This document shows positions 27,504 to 35,749 of a stretch of DNA of 35,749 bases, in pieces. The stretch comes from Sphaeroforma arctica JP610 (lineage: Eukaryota): contig NW_014040472.1 of NCBI RefSeq assembly GCF_001186125.1, positions 37,102 through 72,850 of the forward strand. The letters are read 5' to 3'. Numbering within the stretch: position 1 is the stretch's first letter; the number at the start of each line of letters is the position of its first letter. The notes under the pieces are model-generated. The model ran no database searches. It saw only the letters and a list, made by a program, of their open reading frames with translations, and was not told where the DNA came from. A program made the position numbers and the translations under genes.

Positions 27504-27855
27504 GAGTTTGTAAAAGACAGAATAAACTTTGAGAATCATCATGAATGTATGACGGAATACGCTTTTCTTGCTTTTTTTGCACTGGTTGGTACCAAAATTC
27601 ATGACACAAATCAGACACACATCTGAATTCTGACACCTCCACAAATACACACAAAAATGGAGTGCATTTTGCACAATGGATTAGAAGTAGAATTGATAGC
27701 GTGTTTAAGTGCGCGATATATCCAACCATGCACCCCGGACTATATCTTGCAACTAGCCTGGATTAAGTACCATGCTTCAATGTCGACAATTGTGCGCTTC
27801 TTATAACCACATTCTCGACAATCGTACGCATTGTGATCGCTCCTTGTAGTCCAAT

Positions 27856-30800
27856 ATGATACTGGCTCTGGCCTCAGTGATCTCGCTATGCTCTGTACTC
27901 TTACTAGGAGGAGGTCTGCACTTCCTGCTGGCCAACCGTATGGATCCCAACTACTGTCACATGACCTACATGTATCAGAACCCTGTGGTGAGTTCCCCCT
28001 TGAGCGCGATGCGAACACTATTTGTTTTGATTTAGGTTTGCGAGAGTTCGTCGCGGATTTGCACATAAGTACCAGTGCCCGGTGGTAATTTCTATATCTG
28101 CCACGCATGTGAAAATGCATGTGAACACGCAACGATTCAACGTAAAACTGCGATGGATTGTTGCGCACTTATCATTGTGGCCTATATCTCTTAACATACT
28201 GGATCCCAGTCACTGTCGCATAATATACATGTAGCAGAACCATGGGGTAGGTTTCCTGTATGTCACGCGAATACGCACTGCTTTGACGTGTATTTGCGGG
28301 AAATCATCGCGCACTTGCAATGGTGTTATTATTCTCTTACATATGCAACCATCGCGGTATTGTGTAAGACCGAGTGTTGCGCTTCAGAGTGTGTCATCAG
28401 TCACTATCCAGAATTAGGAGACATTCACGGTTATTGTCAATGTACGGTCCGAATTTTCATACGAATGCTCAACAACCCAATATATCTTGAAGTACTGCCG
28501 TATATCTCATCTGTGTGTACTAGTAGGCAAGGTGCGTTGAATTCAATACGTCTGCCACGTGGCTATACCTATCACTCCTTACATCTGGTGCAGCTTATAC
28601 TCTGCCCCATTCGCCTTCCTCCATGTTCACCCTTGCTCACTCAGAGATTTCACCCGAATATGGCCCTCAACATCTCCTTCTAGCACTCTTCAGTTCTATT
28701 TATCGTTATAGTTGATGAATCTATCTTTGTTTGCATAACATGCCTGGGTCCTGTGGAGAGTACTGAGTACTTGGAGTAGGATTTCGGCACTTAGAATTAG
28801 CGCATGGCTGCTCGTGCTAGGGGTGCAGAGACGTTTGATGCCTTCCGTATCGCCGACAATTCCGGACAATTCATATTGCAGCTTAGATCGCTACGGCAAA
28901 TATAGGCACATGTAATTATTGGCTATCATCATCCCGAGTGAGGAGATAGTATAGGGCTGAACGTCGATGGTAGCGTTGTGCTGACCATTGAACCTGCCTA
29001 CACATCCTGACTATTACAGTACACTTCGATTCAAGTCAAGAACGGGCCAGCGAATAATGATCGCAGATACCGGTTATTACAATACACAGAGGGAATCATA
29101 AGAGGAAACGAGGTGGGTCTGTGGCGACACTTTCAATCGTTACATTAGAACCAATGCGTTCTATTTCCGTCAGTTTAAATTGTTTCCATGGCCTTCACCG
29201 ACTGTCTCGTGAATGTAAGAACTTTCTAGTTTTTCTATCTGCGGAACCGTCTCACTAACCACACTATCACAATGCTCCTTTGAAATCAAAGTGTAAAGGC
29301 CGCCATCCCGTTTTGTATATATCGGGTAATTCCGGTAGCTACAAACAGGTCAGATCCATTGCAAGCATCGCAGCTGATATGGACCGCACAAACTACTTGA
29401 TTAAGGGCTCACCGCGACGGCCCTTATCCTTCTTCACAGGTGGGCGACTTACAACTGTTGATAGATTTGTAGTGGTGGTTTATATGTCAAGCATGTATCC
29501 CGGTACTTGCGTATCTGATCGAGTCAGAAGTTTCAATGGGCTGGATAGTACTTTGCTCAAATACTTCTTGCGTGGCGTACTGGATGTTTTATCTGTATAT
29601 TGTAAGTTTATTCCTTTAGTAAAACTCGAGTTGTAGTTACCATGCGTACACACGAGAAGGCGTACTCGCCGCAAACTCGCTAACTTCAAAAAGCATCATC
29701 ACGCGATGTTTAGCTTGTTGCGTTGAACACAGATAGCATCTCGCAGGAGAACTCTATGGCTTTTTATAGTCGCGGGTACGGGCAAATTAAACCCCGCCGG
29801 ATCCACTTTCCATCGCTGTATACTATGCAGTGGACTTCAATGAAGAGCTCTCTGCACTATTCGGTGGGGTGTTGCCCGTTCAATCCGAGTACGCGGCGCA
29901 CTGTGTGCGGCATCTGCAATCGATGTGTACGAAACCCTCGGGAACAGGCAAGCTAGCAACGGTGACGATTCTGGGGCATTCCATGGGGGGGCTGGTTGCG
30001 CTGTCGCTGCTGAATTCTGATGTAGGTGGTTCTATAAATAGCATAATTTCAGGGCTCTCTTCTGTTGCTTGGCTCTTACCTCGCTCGATCGATAAGGGGT
30101 CACTCGAATGGGTTATGCGAAATTGGCCACTATTGTATATTATGAGCAGCGGCGGTCCTTTGAGTAGACAGATGGGTACCAGGCATAGGTTTGACATTCA
30201 CGTTCTCATTCGTGCAGGTACTACAAGCCGGCAGCATTGAAACCATTGTAACTGTCGCCACACCACATCGCCCGGTGTTGGCATTTGACTACCGGCTGGG
30301 TAGTTTCTACCATACTATGAACAGCGCAGGTAAGTTGCGATTGCTCAAACTCCCTCAATCATTGCTATATTCTCATATTACACAAGCGGTTATTTATATT
30401 GCACAAGCAATTTTTAAGTCGCTAATGAACTGTAGTAGATGTACAAAGCGGCACCGGATCGTAACACTCTTTCACTTCACACATTAAGTCCTCAGATCCG
30501 CAACTCAAAACGTGACCCTTGTGAGTATCGAAACCGGTATACGCGACTTCCAGGTGCGCGCCGATCTTGCCAGTCTAGGTATGTGGCCGATGGTAGTCCT
30601 ACAACTCGACTTACCGCACAACAGGTCATTTTCGATAGCTGTGTACATTTTATCATAAGAGAAAACACGTCTCCCTATGGAATATCACACGACTTTCTCT
30701 ACAGGTATGACCGGGCCTAATATCGTCCACGCTTCGACAAGTGGCATTCCCGGTGCCTGGTTGTCGTGCGATCACCTGGCTGCTGTGTGGTGTAAGCAGC

Positions 30801-33800
30801 TGGTATTGCCTATACTCACAGCTATGAGTGTGCTATCGCTACCGTCACCAAAGGCAGCCGATGCTGTCGGCAATTTCCAGTCCACCTCCGATATCGCGCG
30901 GGCCAATGAGCGGGCGGAAAGGTACCGATCGACCTTGCTCCCAGCAGCAGAATTCATTCACACGGTATGGTCATGGGCATATTCGCCTTCCACAGTTAAC
31001 CAAGGAGATACCTGATATATTTGAGAGCAACCAAAAACTTGGTATCATATGTGGTCTGCCCTCCAGGCGTGCGCGTATACTAATATAGATAACCCGTTTC
31101 CGATTTTATGCTGCTGCTTCTATATCTCAGACAACCTGCGACAGTGCAGATTCTACAACGTCGACGATTGGAACAACGGATGAGAAAATGTGGCCATCAC
31201 CGGCACAGACGTTACAAGATAGGACTGGCGTGGCGCGAACGATCAAGATCGCACTGGGGGGTTCGCCGGAAACCACATCTAGTACCGAAACGCTGGCAAT
31301 CAGTACTACAGAAACCATTTCATCACTCAGCTTGTGTAGCGTGCGACAGTGCTATGCTTGCGGCAATGGCAGCTGTGTCTCAAATGCCGATGAACTAGAG
31401 TTGCGCCTGGAGACGCAACGGCTGCCGTATTGGAGAGACACGTTCAAGGGCGCAAATGTGCGACCGCCACAGCACTTTGATAATCTGCGCCGACCGGTCA
31501 CTGCTGTTCTCATACACCGCATGAACCATCTCAGAAGCCCGCAATCATGGGAGGATATACACCTCGAGATGGTCCTGAATGCCGCCGGAAGTGAGCAGGC
31601 GAAAGCTCCGGTTTATAGTAGTGAGAAAGGCTTCGTGTCGATAGGATGGTCTTCAGGAGTCTCAAACGTGTTTGCGACACCCTTCTATGGACAGACATTG
31701 GCCATTGAATCTTCTGACCAACACCATCGGGTACGCGTGGCTCAGCCGCTGGAGAGTTGCTTGATAACATCGATTCTACGATTCAAGCTGATGCACTCCG
31801 AGACGGGAGAAGGTGCGTGGTCATTGTTCAATCTCATGCCCCGAAGATACACCGAATATAGGAGTTCAAGCATCTTCGAGTGTGTGAAAAAGTGTGTGAC
31901 GATCGCATGAATATCAAGCACGTTCCGCTATCTTTAATCGCACACCTGTACCTCCCTGATGTTAAGCCTGCCACAGCTCATATCCGTGATCATATTCAAT
32001 TTAACACTCTCTATGGCCTCAGACTGCCCGACGAATAGCGCTGGGTATATTGCCACCCACGTAAGCAACAGGCGAGCGACCACCGCACAACATTACAGCG
32101 CGAATACGCATACACGCGGTGGCGTGCAGTTTGAGCACGTGTTGCGCCCTTGTGATGCCACTTTTGATAAAATCCAGTCGTACGTCGCGATGGATATTGA
32201 TGTTTGGGATACCAGGTACCAGCTGGACGACGTATGTGAGTATGTCCTTTCTGCGTTTGATTAGCTTTTCTGCGCTGCATCTCAGCGCCTCAACTGTGTG
32301 GTCTTCGTCGATCGAAACTTCAACAATTACAAACCATCACGTACTAACTTTGTCCCTGCGGAATACTACACAATTTTTACTGTAATGGGGTGCTTGCAGA
32401 TGTGTAGACTGAAAGTAGCTTTGACATTCAGTCCGACCAACGCCGCTACCGAGTACGTTCGTTTGTACGGACCTGATACAATTACCAGAGCTGTCACTAT
32501 TCTACTACTGATCATCGCCACGCAGATTTTCAGCTATGTTCCCAGGCAGTAAGTATACACTTCGATACCTTCTTATGCTGCTGTGCATATATAGCAATGC
32601 TGCACAATGCATATTTTTCAATCTGCAGTTGACATGTGGGTAGCGCGGTATATGCAGCAGACCTATGTCGCCATGCTCATTCTAAGCACGGCCTTAACCG
32701 GTTGCCGTCCTTGCTCAATGCAGATACCGAGCACCCACCACTCGAACGATGCACTCACGCAGAAGCTGCTTCACAATCTTGATCATTGTAATGTGGCTGA
32801 TCGGATCGGGAATTAAGGCACCCTATAGCGCACTTGATAACGTATTGGTCAATCTTTGTTCATTGGGAGTCGCTTTGGCTGTCTATAAGCTCGTGGCTGT
32901 GGTTTTGTGGGTGGGTGGGTGGTGTGTCTCTCGCCTCAGTCCGTGTTTGAGTCCTAGGTCTAAACAATCCCCGGCACCCGATGTCGGCAACAAGGCCCGC
33001 CTGCCTGAGAACCCAAGTGATGCGTTTTATTTCGAGTTGGATTCAAAGTTTGTAGCCTTTGGGGTGGGCTTATGTGCTGTGGCTATTCTGGTTACTGGTT
33101 GCTCGGGTATTGGTGTGGCAATAGCGGCTGTCATATCTGTAGTCCAGAGTATCAGAGAGCGCGCCGATATCCAGTGCGAGGCGACCGCTCAAAACAACCG
33201 AGCAAAGGACAACTCCTGGATCGATTCACAGGTGCGATTATACTCCACACAGTGAAACGTACTTTTTTTTTTTTTTTTTTGTCAATCCGGTAGAGTAGTG
33301 TCATACTGATTCCCTGCCTTGTTCGATGCACTCAGCGGATTGCGCAGTCGACGGGATCTGTGGTGCTTTGCCTTCTGTCCGCCGGTCTCTATGGGGCTGA
33401 ATGCGTTGTATATGCACTCGGCCATTCCAATTCGGTTGAGTCTCCGCCGGTAAGTAGTTTGGATACTGCGAGTATCGCGATCGAATTTTTGGCATCCGAG
33501 CTGAAAATTTGCCTGATGTGCTTCCAGTGCCTTTGTAGTTCCCTCTCATAACTTAACCCAAATTTCCTCAAACGGGTTTTTCTTTTCTGACACAGTTACG
33601 ACTCCTATCACCCGACGTAGTCGATCTGACACCCGCAGTGCTTGTCATTTTTAGTCTACTGTGTGGGCATATACGTCGCCCACGATTAAGCCCGCCACAG
33701 TCTAGGTAAGTGCGATATTTTTTAGCACATAGTTCTGATGTTCATTCACACGATTCACACGATTGCATGTGTACTAATATCTCCCCATACCTGACCTTGA

Positions 33801-33934
33801 CTTAACAGCCGTCTCTCCAAGGGTCTCTCTTCTGTAGCAGTCGGTATGTTATCTGATATTTCTGCCTGCGTGATTTTGGTTAATGGACCACAAAATCGTA
33901 TATCATATGCCGAATCCAATTGGTGGGTGCACTG
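27856..33934 (+). CDS. PGAP1: GPI inositol-deacylase (PGAP1/Bst1), at least 14 exons; 3' end unresolved
   Basis: Exons 27856-27987, 29020-29112, 29292-29439, 29831-30021, 30218-30329, 30489-30578, 30705-30964, 31131-31812, 32023-32231, 32400-32548, 32724-33231, 33335-33449, 33596-33705, 33809-(~33934). N-terminal TM then CHMTYMY, PVLYISGNSGSYKQVRSIAS, VDFNEELSAL, GHSMGG (Ser), VATPH, GIRDFQVR (Asp), CDHLAAVWCKQL (His), and C-terminal TMs. Confidence 0.93.
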
Positions 33935-34849
33935 ACTTCTCAACGTATTCAATCTCAACATACCTACCTCTTAGTCATCTCTCTGGCAGTGGATAGGGAC
34001 AACTTCTGGCTCACAAGGTACGACAGCCGTTCTTGTGTGCACCGCCTCCCAATTTTGTCATTATCTCGAGGTGACTACGCATAGTTCGAAAAATGGGAGT
34101 CTATGCCGTGGTTCTAGGCTTAGATGCTTGTTCGAAATGTATACTAAAACACGATGTCAGAATCTGATATACAGAACGAGTGCACTATTCTAAACCTGAC
34201 TCGCATATATCAACAGGTACTCGCTGGCCTTGGCCCTGGCAGCTCTGGCACTAAATTGAGGGGCTATATAATTACGGATGCCTATTGCCATTGTCACATT
34301 ACTCTGGGATATGGCTGTCACGATTGCACTATCGCTTCGTCAATGACCAGCCATTGGAAATGTAAATTGACTAACAGTTAAAAGAGCCGTGTCGCCTACA
34401 TTTTGCGCTGCCCGCAAGCAATGACAAAGTGCCGAGTCTACGGCTATCGCTTACAGCGCGTATGCCTTTTGTATCATGACTTTATTGTGCTTGTGTATTG
34501 CGCACCCCCTGCAATCATAAAATAGGGTTTCCAGTATGACACACTACACTACTTGCACGGTAGGCCTATTGACTGATTAGGTACTAGGCGGTACACAACC
34601 TGGATATCGTAGCAACCATGCGCCTGCTGTCCCATATAGTAATCCCTTCGACTGTGCCCTCCATGGTGCGAACAGCCCGTGAAGCGGAAGAAGCTGCCTC
34701 GATCCATACTAAACGTCTTCAAATCGTGCGGAACTGATACTTCAGATTGGTCTCAGGAGGTGAGTGGGAAGTACAATCTTCAGCCATGACAATACATCAA
34801 GAGCGTGGTTCTGATGTTGGCCTTATGCCATCAACGCTAACCTCTAGCC

Positions 34850-35392
34850 TCATGCGTCCTTGAATAAAGTGCTGAGCAGCTCTTTGTCGTTCATGTTTTT
34901 CAAGTAGTCGGGTACGTGCGCGACCGGTGGCGCCCACCCGCACATGGCCGCGGCAATGGCGCTGCTCTCGTCTGGAGACAACTGGACATCGTCTCCAATC
35001 TGGAGCAGATTGAAGCAAACGTTCGCTTAGTGTAGGCTTGGTAACTGTGAGAGTTTGATCGCTACAACTCGAGACACTGTACTAACTGACAGATGACAGC
35101 CGCTCAGATAACCACACAAACGCACAGATTGTGCATCGCTATACCCACGTGTTGTGTAAACCATTTCTGAAAACTAAGACCAGCAGTTATTACAAGGTAA
35201 ATTTGGGATGCGAGCGACCTACCGTTAGCTTTCCTTCTTTAGTAAGGGACAATTTCTCATTCAAAGTCTCGTCTTGTGTTTCTTCACTACGGGTTTCATC
35301 AGCTATACTAGCCCGTACTTGACTGGCAACGTTAGCATTGTTCGCTTCTGCGCCATCGACGGGAAGGGAGCCAGTAGTACCAGATGCACGAG
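34850..35392 (-). CDS. Last two exons of a putative MEA1 (male-enhanced antigen 1)-like gene; 5' part presumably outside the window
   Basis: Exon 35392-35223 (acidic, ends KLT|GTAGGT) joins 34999-34850 in phase 0: IGDDVQLSPDESSAIAAAMCGWAPPVAHVPDYLKNMNDKELLSTLFKDA*. This resembles the recalled MEA1 C-terminus [34 protein letters not shown]. Confidence 0.55.
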
Positions 35393-35480
35393 CTGCGAGA
35401 AGAATCAAAATAGTGTATGAATGCACAGCGTATGCCACAGCGCTGAAGGAATCAATCAACGGTGAAACACTTCATACTCA

Positions 35481-35749
35481 CCGTATCACTGCAATCGTGC
35501 ATAGTATTCACCATACCACTGCGATCATGCATAGTATTCACCATACCACTGCGATCATGCATAATATTCACCATACCACTGCGATCATGCATAATATTCA
35601 CCATACCACTGCGATCACGCATAATATTCACCATACCACTGCGATCATGCATAATATTCACCATACCATTGCGATCATGCATAATATGTACCATACCACT
35701 GCGATCATGCATTATATTCACCATACCACTGCGATCATGCATAATATTC
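35481..35749. repeat. 30-bp minisatellite (CCATACCACTGCGATCATGCATAATATTCA)n, at least 9 copies, running off the window
   Basis: Head-to-tail units with no spacers; the first unit is degenerate. Confidence 0.97.

Noticed and set aside
28288..28683. 131-aa ORF inside PGAP1 intron 1
   Set aside because: GTG start, no motif, and not needed by the PGAP1 splice model.
35481..35749. CRISPR array
   Set aside because: Repeats are head-to-tail with no unique spacers, there are no cas genes, and the context is eukaryotic.

Overview
Eukaryotic, intron-rich genomic DNA (GT-AG introns, TA/GT microsatellites, two assembly gaps). It is not a prokaryotic window, so most listed ORFs are exon fragments or antisense shadows. 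I spliced the genes by hand from splice signals and reading phase. Left to right: a possible small minus-strand gene; one or two long disordered plus-strand proteins; RIB3 (DHBP synthase, 6 exons, -); TRMT2A-type tRNA m5U54 methyltransferase (6 exons, +); a fungal-type LCCL-domain multipass membrane protein (-); a divergent bHLH-leucine-zipper factor that only appears after splicing (+); OST48/WBP1 (-); PGAP1/BST1 GPI inositol-deacylase (+); and the 3' end of an MEA1-like gene (-) with a 30-bp minisatellite, probably intronic. The gene mix suggests a unicellular opisthokont such as an ichthyosporean, which is inference and not verified. The most interesting items are the Mlx/Max-like bHLH-ZIP lacking the E-box-reading Glu, a SUMO-consensus array on TRMT2A, the LCCL protein with an intramembrane HxHH motif, and strict strand alternation of the genes. 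I found no CRISPR array, RNA gene or recognisable transposase. Family assignments come from recalled motifs; no database search was run.
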